A stretch of DNA of 62,756 nt from a virus (Duplodnaviria; Caudoviricetes). Shown in pieces: positions 18,154-26,886 of this stretch. The number at the start of each line of letters is the position of its first letter. Within the stretch, counting starts at the first letter, position 1. The stretch lies in the IMG/VR virus record IMGVR_UViG_3300027869_000002, positions 1 to 62,756 of that record; one strand, given 5' to 3'. The notes beneath the pieces were generated by a model. The model did not search any database and was not told the DNA's origin. It saw only the letters and a program-made list of their open reading frames with translations. A program made the position numbers and the translations under genes.

Positions 18154-18585
18154 ATGGCACCGAAACAGATTGTGCGTCCCCCACTGAAAACGCCGGAAGC
18201 AGAGAAGCCGTCCGAAGTAAAGAAACCCGCCGAGGCAGAGAAAAAAGCCGAAGCACATGACAGGCGGAGTGCCGCGGGCGTAGCGTGGAAGAAGCCTCTC
18301 CCGCGAGAACCAGACCATCTCCTGTGGAAACGCGCCCGCGCCGAAAATGCGCGCGTGGTGATTCGCCTGCTAACCGGCGACGTGATCGCTGGCTTGGTGG
18401 CGGACTCCGGCTTGTACACCGTGATGATTCAAAGCGACGACGGCCAAGTGCTCGTTTTTAAAAACGCGATCGCGACGGTTCATGCCCCGTTCACCAGCAG
18501 CTCGAAAGAGTCGAAGCCGGACGAGCCGCCGGGCCCCACGACGGTTCCCCCACCTCCTGGCAGCGCCACGATCGATCCGATGTAA
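18154..18585 (+). CDS. hfq: Hfq/Sm-like RNA chaperone, antisense to the late operon
   Basis: GGAGGA RBS; Sm1-like VVIRLLTGDVIAGLVADSGLYTVMI and Sm2-like VLVFKNAIATV (compare Hfq VYKHAISTV). Confidence 0.7.
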   Translation: MAPKQIVRPPLKTPEAEKPSEVKKPAEAEKKAEAHDRRSAAGVAWKKPLPREPDHLLWKRARAENARVVIRLLTGDVIAGLVADSGLYTVMIQSDDGQVLVFKNAIATVHAPFTSSSKESKPDEPPGPTTVPPPPGSATIDPM

Positions 18586-21500
18586 GTGTTTCCCGGCACG
18601 CCCACTAGCGCCGCGGAGGTCTGGCAAATCCCTACGAGATTCGTCTGCCCCGGTGAGTCTCCGGTGTAGCCCGGATCTGTGATGGTCACGTAATAGGTCG
18701 TCGGCACTGAAGGCGCGGGAATGGTGAACACGCGCGCATTGTAAACCACCGTGTTCGACGGAAAATTCGCCGTCACCTGCGCCATATCGATGGTGGTGGC
18801 GGTGGGATTTGACAGCGCCGCCGATGGAGCAACCGGCGGAGAGCCCGCGGGCGTGGGAGTCACGGAATAGCTCGATGGATTTCCGGATGCCGAGCCCGCC
18901 GCGCCCGTCGGGGTGTAGGCGTATGGAGTGCAGTCGGCCAGGTCCTGGACCTGCGCGATGTTCGAATTAAAGGCCGCGAATTTGAAATAGAGCGTCTTGC
19001 CGATCCACGTCGGATCCAAGGCCAGGCGCATGATGCCGGTGTAGGGCGGTCCCACGAAACAGAATCGCGATGTGCCGCTTTGAGACAACGGCACGGCTGG
19101 AATGATCGGCCCTTGGTGGAAGACGCCCTGATTCGGCGCAGGGCAGCCGAAGACTCCGCGGTCCAGGTGATTTCCCACCGGCGGAGATCCCGTCGCGAGC
19201 GCCTTCAGCGCGTAGATTTCCGTGCCGACCAGCTCCGCCAGAGCGTAGGTCATCAGCTCGTATGGAATCCCCGTCACCTGGTTGCCGCTGGGGGGAAGCG
19301 CGATGGCTCCGAAGTGGATGGCGTTCTGTCCATCCGGCCCGGCCAGCGTGTCGTTCTGCGCCGAGACAAGTGGTACGGCGACATCCCACACGGCTAGTTG
19401 CGATTGATCGGAGCCCAAGGGCAGCGATGGATTTTCGCGCAGGTTCCAGGCAAAGTGCGGAGTGATGGTGAAGGGGTCCTGGTTCTGATTGTTCGCGGCG
19501 TCGTAGCCGAACGCGATGACCAGACTGCCGGGCTGGTTGACCGGGTAGGCTCCGCTCGAGATAGTGAAGGCGCCGCCGAAAATCGCCTGGTTAAACGAGA
19601 ACGTGAAGGGCAGGACACTGGGGGGCGAGCCCGTGGTGGCCAGGTCGGAGTATTCGAGCGCCGCGAACAGAATCTCTCCTGTTCCCGATTGAAACGATAC
19701 CGTAACCGTGTTCCCGCCCGAGACGATGTTCAGCGCGGCGTATACGTAGACCTTGGAGTAGACGCCGAAATCGGAGACGGCGGAGGTGGTGAACAGCAAC
19801 CCGTAGGAGTTGCCGTTCGAGTCTGAGACGTTGACGCCCAGCGGCATGCTTTCGCGCGTCGCAATGATCAGTAGGATGGCGTTGCCCGGATTGTTCGAGA
19901 GTGGAAAGATCTTGGAGGCGGTGGAGGCGCTGACGGCGGCCGTTGAACAGGACTGCTGATAGAGCGGGGAAGTGGCCGCCCCCGTCACCAGACACGGATA
20001 CGTGAAGGCGTCCTCGTCGGTGGCCGAATAGGAATCCAGCGTCCCGTGGCATTCCGAAAGGTCTACGATGAGATCGTTCGTTGAATCGGGCGACGGATGC
20101 GCCGCCCAGGGTTGGGTGAGCCATCCGGTGGTGGCGTTACCTAAGAGCGCGTTCGAGGGCGGGGCGTTGTTTCCGCCGACGACACTGCCGCCCTGCACCA
20201 AAGGCGCCACGGGCTGGTAGCTGTTCCCGCCGTCTGTCGAGACATACACGAAGCAGCCGCCGTAGTCCGGGATGACCGGCGGACTCCCCACGGCGGCGCC
20301 GCCGGAGACGGCCAGCCACAATTCGGGCTGCGTGTTCCCTCCCGCGAGTCTCGGTACCGGCTCGAAGAGCACCGGAATATTCACCGATCCCGGAGCTCCG
20401 GTTTTCGGAATGTATCCCTGCTGCTGAGTCGCGGGAAGTTCGAGGGGCGCGTAGCAGCCGTAGATAAACGGCTCCGCCGTGCACTTCAGGCCGAGGTCTT
20501 TGTCTTCATCGCATGAGAGCAGGCGGACCGGGACTTTCACATATGGCACAGGCACCGTTCCGCCCGGCCCCTGCGTGTTCGGCATCATGGAGGCCACGGG
20601 AACCGTGACCAGGTCGCCAGGTTCGAACAGTTTCCATTTCGCGTTCAGCGTGAACTCGGTCTGATTTCTGACCAGGTCCGCCAGTCTCACCTGGATGTCG
20701 AGATACATTCTCGAGACCGCCGGCGACTGGAACATGGGCATGCGCTTGGGCGAGTCCTTGCGCGGCCCGTAGAGCGCTACCGCTCCGGATTCCGGCTCCG
20801 AGATGTTGACTTCGTTGTATTGGGATGCCCGGTTGGGATGCGAGACGCTCAGAATGTCCGGTACGTTCACCTGCGCCTTGCGCGTGACAGTGACGGGCGG
20901 AGTATCCGGGCTCGATGTGATGAAGTCGGACTCGACCAGGTCAACGATGGGGCCCGCCGCGGTGGGCGCGTTGTAGACGGCGCCGTTTCCAACCGCCGAG
21001 ACTTCCGAGCGCGCGATGGACTTGAGCGAGAAGCCCGACCAGACCGGCCAGGCATCCATGGCTTCGTAGAGCTGCCCCAGGATGTCCGAGCCCCTGACCT
21101 GCGAATCAAGAAACAGCGAGCCCCACAGTCCCGCGGCCCGGCACTGGTTTCGCACGATCTGGAGCGACGGCTTGTCGAGAATGTCCCCGATCACATTGCC
21201 GAGGGCGGGGGGATAGTTCGGAGGCTGCGAGCACTTGAACGCCAGCAGGGCCACGTGCGCGGGGGTGTGGCTTGCGCCCACAGTGTGAGCGGTGTATTGG
21301 TACGTCCCTGGAAATTGCACCACGCGGTATTGCTCGCGGCAGAGCGCGGTGAGCACGGTAAGATCGGCCACGTCCGGATTCAGCAGGTTCTGCCACAGCG
21401 CCACCGGAGGAACGGCGCCTCCTCCAGAGAGTTGGGAATAATCCGCGATCGCCAGGATATATTCGGGCGTGCCCTGGACTCCCGTCGTCGTGATGGAAGC

Positions 21501-22970
21501 GGTGGCGCCCGCGGCGGTTGCCGATGCATCGAACGTATCCACGCCGGCGATCTCGAGCAGTGTGATCTGATTGGTGGCCAGGCCGAACCAGGGAATGGTG
21601 ACCGTGACCGTGGTGCCCTGGCCGTTGTGGTTGTAGGCTTTGGCTTGCGCGTACCAGACCTGGAAATTCGCGGCGCCGGCAAATAGTGCGGTCCAGGTGT
21701 TGCCGGCGGTATCCGAAATGCTCATCGCCCCCGAGGAGTCTCCGGCGCCGGCAATCACCACCAGCCAATCGCCCGCCACGTTGGGCAGGTTGTAGGCGAA
21801 CGTCCCACCCCCGCCGGACGCGAGCGCGGGCTCGTAAATGTAATCCGCCTGCTGCATGGTCCCCGGACGCTGCCCGCAGTTCAGCCCGTGCTGGATGGGG
21901 GTTTGCGGGTTATCGTTTCCGAAGCCGGCCTGGGTTGCGCCATAGAACAGGTCCTCCACCATGTCGGCGAAGTCCGCATCGACGCCCGAGCCGTCGCCGG
22001 TGGTTCCCGTGAACGGCCCTGACGGATTGACCGGGAAGGTGCCCAGCAGCTCGGGCGCGAATTCCGGGAAGGTCTGCGACGACCCCATGGCGAAGGCTTC
22101 CGAACCCGCCCCCGCATAATGCGGATAGATGATCTGCTGATCGTCGAGCGGGTTGCCGCTGGTGTTGTCGGTGCCTTGAAATTCCGGCCCGTCTCCGAGC
22201 GATGGCTCGAAGATCAGATTCATCGCGCCCACCGGGGTGTCGGCCGAGGCCTTTTGCCCGTTCAATCCCAGCGCGGTCTGGAGGGCGTTGGTATTGATTT
22301 CGTTGAAGCTCGGGATCTGGGCGTAGTAGACGTTGATGTCATACCCGCCGATGGGATACATGCCCAAAGCCGCATAGGGCAGCTGGATGGTTCGTCCCGC
22401 CGCGGGCGTCCACCAATACGCCCAGGGGGAGTTGCGCTGTCCGGAAGAGTGCACCGGGTCAGGCCCGTTATAGGCCGCGTTCCAGAGCGGGATTTCGTAG
22501 TTTCCGGAAAGCGTGGAGCTGCCCTGGGCGCCGTAATCGTCGAAGGTGACCGAGCCGCCCGAGCTGCCGGTGTAGTTGAAATCGTAGGGAACCGTGACGG
22601 TGACCGCGACAACGGCGTAGAGCGCGGTGTCGGGGACGGTGAGCGTGGCTCCGCCGATGAAACTCGAGTGCAGGGTGTACTTCGCGAAGTTGAGAATCAG
22701 CCACTGGTTCTGATTGATCCACGCCTGCAGGATGGTCGCGATGGGATTGTGGGCCATCAGCCAGTCCACGTTCGCCACGTAGTCCGGAGGGCCCTTCGTT
22801 TTCTTGGCCTTCTTCGCCGATCCCTGGCGCATGTTGGCCATCCAAATCAGGTACGCGGCCCCTTTGGTCATGCCGTAAAGCAGCGGGATGGTCTGGCCAT
22901 AGGCTCCGCTGTTGACAGTGGCGCCGAGGGCTACCGGGCGAATCTGATTTTGTGCTTTACCGCCGAGCAT
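18480..22970 (-). CDS. Large tail-tip/central fibre protein (GTA-type tail protein; 4 GSPP motifs)
   Basis: 1496 aa, YGQTIPLLYG N-terminus, IGKTLYFKFAAFN C-terminal motif, follows NlpC/P60. Confidence 0.85.
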   Translation of the reverse strand: MLGGKAQNQIRPVALGATVNSGAYGQTIPLLYGMTKGAAYLIWMANMRQGSAKKAKKTKGPPDYVANVDWLMAHNPIATILQAWINQNQWLILNFAKYTLHSSFIGGATLTVPDTALYAVVAVTVTVPYDFNYTGSSGGSVTFDDYGAQGSSTLSGNYEIPLWNAAYNGPDPVHSSGQRNSPWAYWWTPAAGRTIQLPYAALGMYPIGGYDINVYYAQIPSFNEINTNALQTALGLNGQKASADTPVGAMNLIFEPSLGDGPEFQGTDNTSGNPLDDQQIIYPHYAGAGSEAFAMGSSQTFPEFAPELLGTFPVNPSGPFTGTTGDGSGVDADFADMVEDLFYGATQAGFGNDNPQTPIQHGLNCGQRPGTMQQADYIYEPALASGGGGTFAYNLPNVAGDWLVVIAGAGDSSGAMSISDTAGNTWTALFAGAANFQVWYAQAKAYNHNGQGTTVTVTIPWFGLATNQITLLEIAGVDTFDASATAAGATASITTTGVQGTPEYILAIADYSQLSGGGAVPPVALWQNLLNPDVADLTVLTALCREQYRVVQFPGTYQYTAHTVGASHTPAHVALLAFKCSQPPNYPPALGNVIGDILDKPSLQIVRNQCRAAGLWGSLFLDSQVRGSDILGQLYEAMDAWPVWSGFSLKSIARSEVSAVGNGAVYNAPTAAGPIVDLVESDFITSSPDTPPVTVTRKAQVNVPDILSVSHPNRASQYNEVNISEPESGAVALYGPRKDSPKRMPMFQSPAVSRMYLDIQVRLADLVRNQTEFTLNAKWKLFEPGDLVTVPVASMMPNTQGPGGTVPVPYVKVPVRLLSCDEDKDLGLKCTAEPFIYGCYAPLELPATQQQGYIPKTGAPGSVNIPVLFEPVPRLAGGNTQPELWLAVSGGAAVGSPPVIPDYGGCFVYVSTDGGNSYQPVAPLVQGGSVVGGNNAPPSNALLGNATTGWLTQPWAAHPSPDSTNDLIVDLSECHGTLDSYSATDEDAFTYPCLVTGAATSPLYQQSCSTAAVSASTASKIFPLSNNPGNAILLIIATRESMPLGVNVSDSNGNSYGLLFTTSAVSDFGVYSKVYVYAALNIVSGGNTVTVSFQSGTGEILFAALEYSDLATTGSPPSVLPFTFSFNQAIFGGAFTISSGAYPVNQPGSLVIAFGYDAANNQNQDPFTITPHFAWNLRENPSLPLGSDQSQLAVWDVAVPLVSAQNDTLAGPDGQNAIHFGAIALPPSGNQVTGIPYELMTYALAELVGTEIYALKALATGSPPVGNHLDRGVFGCPAPNQGVFHQGPIIPAVPLSQSGTSRFCFVGPPYTGIMRLALDPTWIGKTLYFKFAAFNSNIAQVQDLADCTPYAYTPTGAAGSASGNPSSYSVTPTPAGSPPVAPSAALSNPTATTIDMAQVTANFPSNTVVYNARVFTIPAPSVPTTYYVTITDPGYTGDSPGQTNLVGICQTSAALVGVPGNTYIGSIVALPGGGGTVVGPGGSSGFDSFELLVNGA

Positions 22971-22990
22971 GGAAGTGGGAAGATCGGGCT

Positions 22991-23188
22991 ATGGTGGATT
23001 TCAAGATTGGCAACGTGGTGCGGCTGAAGACCGGCGGCCCATGCATGACAGTGGAGTCACTCAGCGATTCGCTAAAGGACCGGGTATCCTGCGTGTGGTT
23101 CAAAAATCACGCAAGCGAAAAGGACCCAATATGGGGGGAAGTCACACGCGCAAGATTTGAAGTTCAATCTCTCGAATTGGTTACCTGA
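22991..23188 (+). CDS. YodC/DUF2158-family protein, antisense
   Basis: FKIGNVVRLKTGGPCMTV...VSCVWF...F...SLE. Confidence 0.8.
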   Translation: MVDFKIGNVVRLKTGGPCMTVESLSDSLKDRVSCVWFKNHASEKDPIWGEVTRARFEVQSLELVT

Positions 23189-23466
23189 TGTTGAGGGACT
23201 GCCAAAAGTGCCGGACGCGCTACGACGACGCGGTTTCGAGAGACTTCTGCCCGCACAAGCCGTTTAAGTGCACGGAGTGCGGAACCGAAACCGGAGTGTC
23301 TCTGATCAGGGTTCTGCGGTCGGACGGAACCTTGCGCATGGAAATCGAACTGTGCGCCCCGTGCGGTGATGCGCTCGCAGCGAAGTACGTCGATCATTCG
23401 CCGCTGACACCGGGGGATATCAGGTCCGCCCAAGCACTCGCGCGGAAGCTCGGCCTGTGCGCGTGA
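23188..23466 (+). CDS. Zn-finger protein, antisense
   Basis: CQKC, CPH, CTEC, CAPC; TGATG coupling. Confidence 0.6.
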   Translation: MLRDCQKCRTRYDDAVSRDFCPHKPFKCTECGTETGVSLIRVLRSDGTLRMEIELCAPCGDALAAKYVDHSPLTPGDIRSAQALARKLGLCA

Positions 23467-23486
23467 GGCAAGTTTAGCCCGACAGG

Positions 23487-23984
23487 TTAATTTAGCCTGA
23501 ACGGATCAAACACCGCGATTTCGTGATGCGCCCACATGGGATGCCGCGTGGCGTCGGCTTCTGAAACTACCGGAGCGACTGCGTGCGCAATCAGCGGCCA
23601 GGCGAGTACGATGCCGCCGTGGTTATACACGCGGGAAACTCCCACTCTGACCAGCAGCAGGTTCCCCGGGTCAATTCTAGTGGACCGGTACGCCACGCCT
23701 TCCATGGCCTTTTCGGCGTGTCTGAGCAGGCGCACCATGTAGCGCTGCTCGCGCGTGTGACAGCACCAATCGAGATGATAGACGCCCAGGCCTCCGTAGA
23801 TGGCAGACTCGGAAGCCTCGCCGGATTCGACGAGCACGGATCCCAGAAACGTGGCGCAGTCGCACCCCACGCCCTTTAGCCTGGCGCCCAAGCGGTAGGG
23901 TGTGCCGATCCAGCTCCGCGCGATCGCAACAAGTGCGGCTCTACGATCCGCCAAGAGAGGAGCTGGGGACGAACAGGAATCCAT
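23487..23984 (-). CDS. NlpC/P60 tail-tip peptidase
   Basis: ARSWIGTPY...KGVGCDC...NHGGI. Confidence 0.85.
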   Translation of the reverse strand: MDSCSSPAPLLADRRAALVAIARSWIGTPYRLGARLKGVGCDCATFLGSVLVESGEASESAIYGGLGVYHLDWCCHTREQRYMVRLLRHAEKAMEGVAYRSTRIDPGNLLLVRVGVSRVYNHGGIVLAWPLIAHAVAPVVSEADATRHPMWAHHEIAVFDPFRLN

Positions 23985-24882
23985 CGAAGGCCTCGGGATC
24001 GTCCGACTGGTCGACCGGCGCCGGCGCGGAAGCGTAGAAGGTATCGACAGATGGGATCGGGGGTTGCGGGAGCGGGCGATACAGGATGAATTGATTCAGG
24101 TAGTTCATGGCGCCGATCGTGACGCCCACGTTTTCCTGAATCGCGCTCCAGTTGGAAGGCCCTAAAGCTCCGCCAGTCTTGTTGAACACCAGGTATCCAC
24201 CCCGCAAGACGTTGGTGCCGAACTGGTGATGCGGACCGATGTTTGTGCAGTCTCCGATAATGACCGTCGTCGAGTCGCCGGCGATCACGTTGAACTGCGG
24301 AATTACGTTAAAGCCCGCGGGCGGCGTGGCTCCCGAATAAGCCGCGGATTGCGAGTACATCTCGATCAGGTTCGTGGGGACCATCTGGCCCACCACGTCC
24401 AAAAACGAATTGACCGAGAAGACGATGGAGCCGCGGTCGATCTTCGATTGTCCGATCCTCCCGCCGAACGCCGCGGAGCAGCCCAGCGTCATGGCGTCCC
24501 CGCCCGGCAGAAGATAGCAGCTCCAGACCCGCACCGGGAGGTTGTCGTAATAGCCGGCTAGTGCCAGCTGCCACGGGTTCGAGGTGCCGGTGGTTGTGCC
24601 GTACGTCTGATTCTTGGGCGTCCAGGTGATATCCAGCTTCGAGGCCGCCAGGCCCACTTTCGTCGAGATGGTACCGCGGGAGACTGCGGCGTTTAGATAA
24701 TCCGCGCTTCCCCACACCGGCCAGCAGATGGGCGATTCGTAATCGGTGAGCCAGGCTGCGTTGGGGTCCTCTGGGTATCCGATCAAATACAAATTCACGA
24801 TGCGCAGGACGTTGTTCGCCTTCAGGTAGGCGAGGGTGGCCGCGGTGGAGTCTTGGCCGTAGCCTGAGATGACTTGACGCAT
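23941..24882 (-). CDS. Baseplate hub (DUF2163-like)
   Basis: Synteny Dit-hub-NlpC; FDGFLFVP C-terminus. Confidence 0.7.
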   Translation of the reverse strand: MRQVISGYGQDSTAATLAYLKANNVLRIVNLYLIGYPEDPNAAWLTDYESPICWPVWGSADYLNAAVSRGTISTKVGLAASKLDITWTPKNQTYGTTTGTSNPWQLALAGYYDNLPVRVWSCYLLPGGDAMTLGCSAAFGGRIGQSKIDRGSIVFSVNSFLDVVGQMVPTNLIEMYSQSAAYSGATPPAGFNVIPQFNVIAGDSTTVIIGDCTNIGPHHQFGTNVLRGGYLVFNKTGGALGPSNWSAIQENVGVTIGAMNYLNQFILYRPLPQPPIPSVDTFYASAPAPVDQSDDPEAFDGFLFVPSSSLGGS

Positions 24883-24898
24883 GCAAAATCTTTAGGGA

Positions 24899-24990
24899 TT
24901 GGTGAGCTTCGCGGCGCATCAGTCGCGCGATTTCGTCGGGGAACTGGAGCCCGTTGTCTTGTCGTGCGGCTTCCGCTGGTAGAGATGGGT
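24899..24990 (-). repeat. Repeat family copy L1 (inverted partner of copy C)
   Basis: ttggtgagcttcgcggcg...gtcggggaactgg...agatgggt; close match to L2. Confidence 0.85.
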
Positions 24991-25098
24991 GACGGTCGCC
25001 AGAAATCTAAAGTGAAACTTTAATGGCCCGTAAAGAAATCCGCAGGCAGTAAAAAAAAGCGCATCAAAGTCCGCCGTGTGGACGCTGCCACCCTCATC

Positions 25099-25194
25099 CC
25101 AGCCGGGCCTGCGGTAGCTCTCGCACGGCAGGAAAGCGGTCTACAGTTCCCCGGTTGCATCAGGAGTTTCAGAACGCCGCGAAGCTCAGAAGAG
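25099..25194 (+). repeat. Repeat family copy C
   Basis: ccagccgggcctgcggta...cagttccccgg...cgccgcgaagctcagaagag. Confidence 0.85.
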
Positions 25195-25232
25195 ACCACC
25201 CCGGGGGGTTGACTCCATCGGCGGAAAGAGCG

Positions 25233-25538
25233 ATGCTTCCGGGAATGGAATATCCCGGAGGAAAGAACGCGCCCGGCGTCTACCACCGCATCATCAACCT
25301 GATGCCGCCGCACGAAACGTACATCGAGCCTTTCGCGGGAAGCTTCGCGATCGGCAGGCTGAAGCGGCCGGCCTCGCTCAACATCGCGATAGACCTGGAT
25401 ATCGGCTCGCTCAAAATGCTATCTCGGCTCGGGCTTCCGGGAGCGGGAGAACATCCGCCGCCAGATCAAGCGCTGGAAAGGCAAGCTGGAACGGATGCCG
25501 CTATTGAAGCGCCAGGCCATGCTCGCGGCGATCGCTGA
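25233..25538 (+). pseudogene. Truncated Dam-like DNA adenine methyltransferase
   Basis: YPGGK...IINLMPPHETYIEPFAGS...IAIDLD motif I present; catalytic DPPY half missing. Confidence 0.7.
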
Positions 25539-25647
25539 TATCGGCTGATCCGGCGGTGCGGACCGCAGCGGCGTTTCCGGCGATCCTCGAGCAGCGGCGA
25601 ATCCGGCGAGCCCGGCCAGGCGCGGCGAATCCGGCGAGGGCAGCAGC

Positions 25648-26397
25648 TTAAGCCGCCGGCGGCCGCGAGCTAACGAGCTTCAGCGTCCCGGTGCCGTTGC
25701 GCGCGTTCTCTCCGCCGATGGTCCACAACTGCTGCGCCCACTGTTCGAATTCCGAGGTGTCGGATTTCAGCCTCACGCGGAAATAGAAGTTGAACGTGGC
25801 ACTGATCGGCCCGGTGGGTTGGGCGGCCCATTGAATCACGAGGCCCCGCCAGGAATAGCCGGGAATCGCAACGCCCGGGCCCAGGATAGTGTAGTCCGTG
25901 CCGTTGTTCTTCAATACGCCGTTCGCATAGACCGCGATGGTGCTCGCCGGGTTTAGGTCAGTGACATCCTCCCAGAACAATCCCCCCATGTTCCGCTGGA
26001 TGGGCGAGTAGTAAACCGGAGGCGAGCCGCCGTCGTTGACCAGTTGCAGCTCAGCCTGGGTGTTGGGAACCGGGGGAGAGCCTGAAAGCGCAGGACCCAC
26101 CGAGTCATCTGACGGATCGTCGAACAGGATGTCGTTCAATTGCCCCTGGCAGGCCAGGATGAATCCCATGAAATAGCGCAGGTCGGTGTACGGCGCGTAC
26201 GGTTGTGTGTTCCCCGAGCCTGGCCAGGCGTCGAAGAGAAACTCGTACATCAGTGTGAAGGTCCAGACGGGATTGTAGGTTTGCGCGATCCTTACGGTGT
26301 CTTCTCCAGGCGAGGCTTGGACGATGGTCTTGCCGTCCATGGATTTGAGGACGGTCCAGGTGAGTCCCTTGATATTGGCGGGCCAGATAGCTGACAT
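25648..26397 (-). CDS. Distal tail protein (DUF2460-like; 2 GSPP motifs)
   Basis: Follows tape measure; ISATFNFYFRVRL C-terminal motif. Confidence 0.75.
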   Translation of the reverse strand: MSAIWPANIKGLTWTVLKSMDGKTIVQASPGEDTVRIAQTYNPVWTFTLMYEFLFDAWPGSGNTQPYAPYTDLRYFMGFILACQGQLNDILFDDPSDDSVGPALSGSPPVPNTQAELQLVNDGGSPPVYYSPIQRNMGGLFWEDVTDLNPASTIAVYANGVLKNNGTDYTILGPGVAIPGYSWRGLVIQWAAQPTGPISATFNFYFRVRLKSDTSEFEQWAQQLWTIGGENARNGTGTLKLVSSRPPAA

Positions 26398-26402
26398 GGA
26401 TT

Positions 26403-26495
26403 TTGGTGAGCTTCGCGGCTTTGTCAGTCGCGCGATTTCGTCGGGGAACTGGAGAGCGGTGTCTTATCGTGCGGCTTCCGCTGGTAGAGATGGGT
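26403..26495 (-). repeat. Repeat family copy L2 (inverted partner of copy D)
   Basis: ttggtgagcttcgcggc...gtcggggaactgg...agatgggt. Confidence 0.85.
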
Positions 26496-26509
26496 TATAC
26501 TGCGGCCAG

Positions 26510-26740
26510 ATGAGCGCGAAGCACTTTGGAAGATTCCTGTTCGACGTTCAATTCTGTACCTTCGAAGCCAAGGATAAATACGGCATGGACTCCACTGGCG
26601 ACATTCTCGCCCTCGTGCTCATTCAATTCGGATGGGCGTGCGCTTGGGTGTGGATGTTCTCTAATTTGGCGATGTGGGTGTGGATAGCCACCCAGCAAGA
26701 GATTCTGCGAATGCTCGGAATGTCAGGGCTACCCATTTAA
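26510..26740 (+). CDS. Small Trp-rich membrane protein between inverted arms
   Basis: ILALVLIQFGWACAWVWMFSNLAMWVWIA hydrophobic stretch; alternative start 26585. Confidence 0.5.
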   Translation: MSAKHFGRFLFDVQFCTFEAKDKYGMDSTGDILALVLIQFGWACAWVWMFSNLAMWVWIATQQEILRMLGMSGLPI

Positions 26741-26769
26741 AGCAACGTGGCCGGAGTGCCCCCTCAGCC

Positions 26770-26865
26770 CCAGTCGGGCCTGCGGTAGCTCTCCCACGAA
26801 AGGGAATCGGTCTACAGTTCCCCGACAGCATCAGGAGTTTCAGAACGCATCAAAGCCCAGAAAAG
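26770..26865 (+). repeat. Repeat family copy D
   Basis: ccagtcgggcctgcggta...cagttccccgac...aaagcccagaaaag. Confidence 0.85.
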
Positions 26866-26886
26866 ACAGACTCAGAAGAGACAGAC

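Noticed and set aside
17440-22970. Diversity-generating retroelement acting on tail fibres
   Set aside because: No reverse transcriptase and no template/variable repeat pair seen
24915-25170. Hammerhead ribozyme (CTGATG...GAAA on the minus strand)
   Set aside because: Core reads CUGAUGC rather than CUGANGA and the stems do not fit
24899-25194. tmRNA or tRNA-like gene (minus strand ends ...GCTCACCA with paired ends)
   Set aside because: No T-arm (GTTCRA), no G3-U70 acceptor stem and no conserved tag frame between the two copies
25541-25638. CRISPR mini-array
   Set aside because: Repeats of 16 bp and spacers of 10-12 bp are too short, and no cas genes are present
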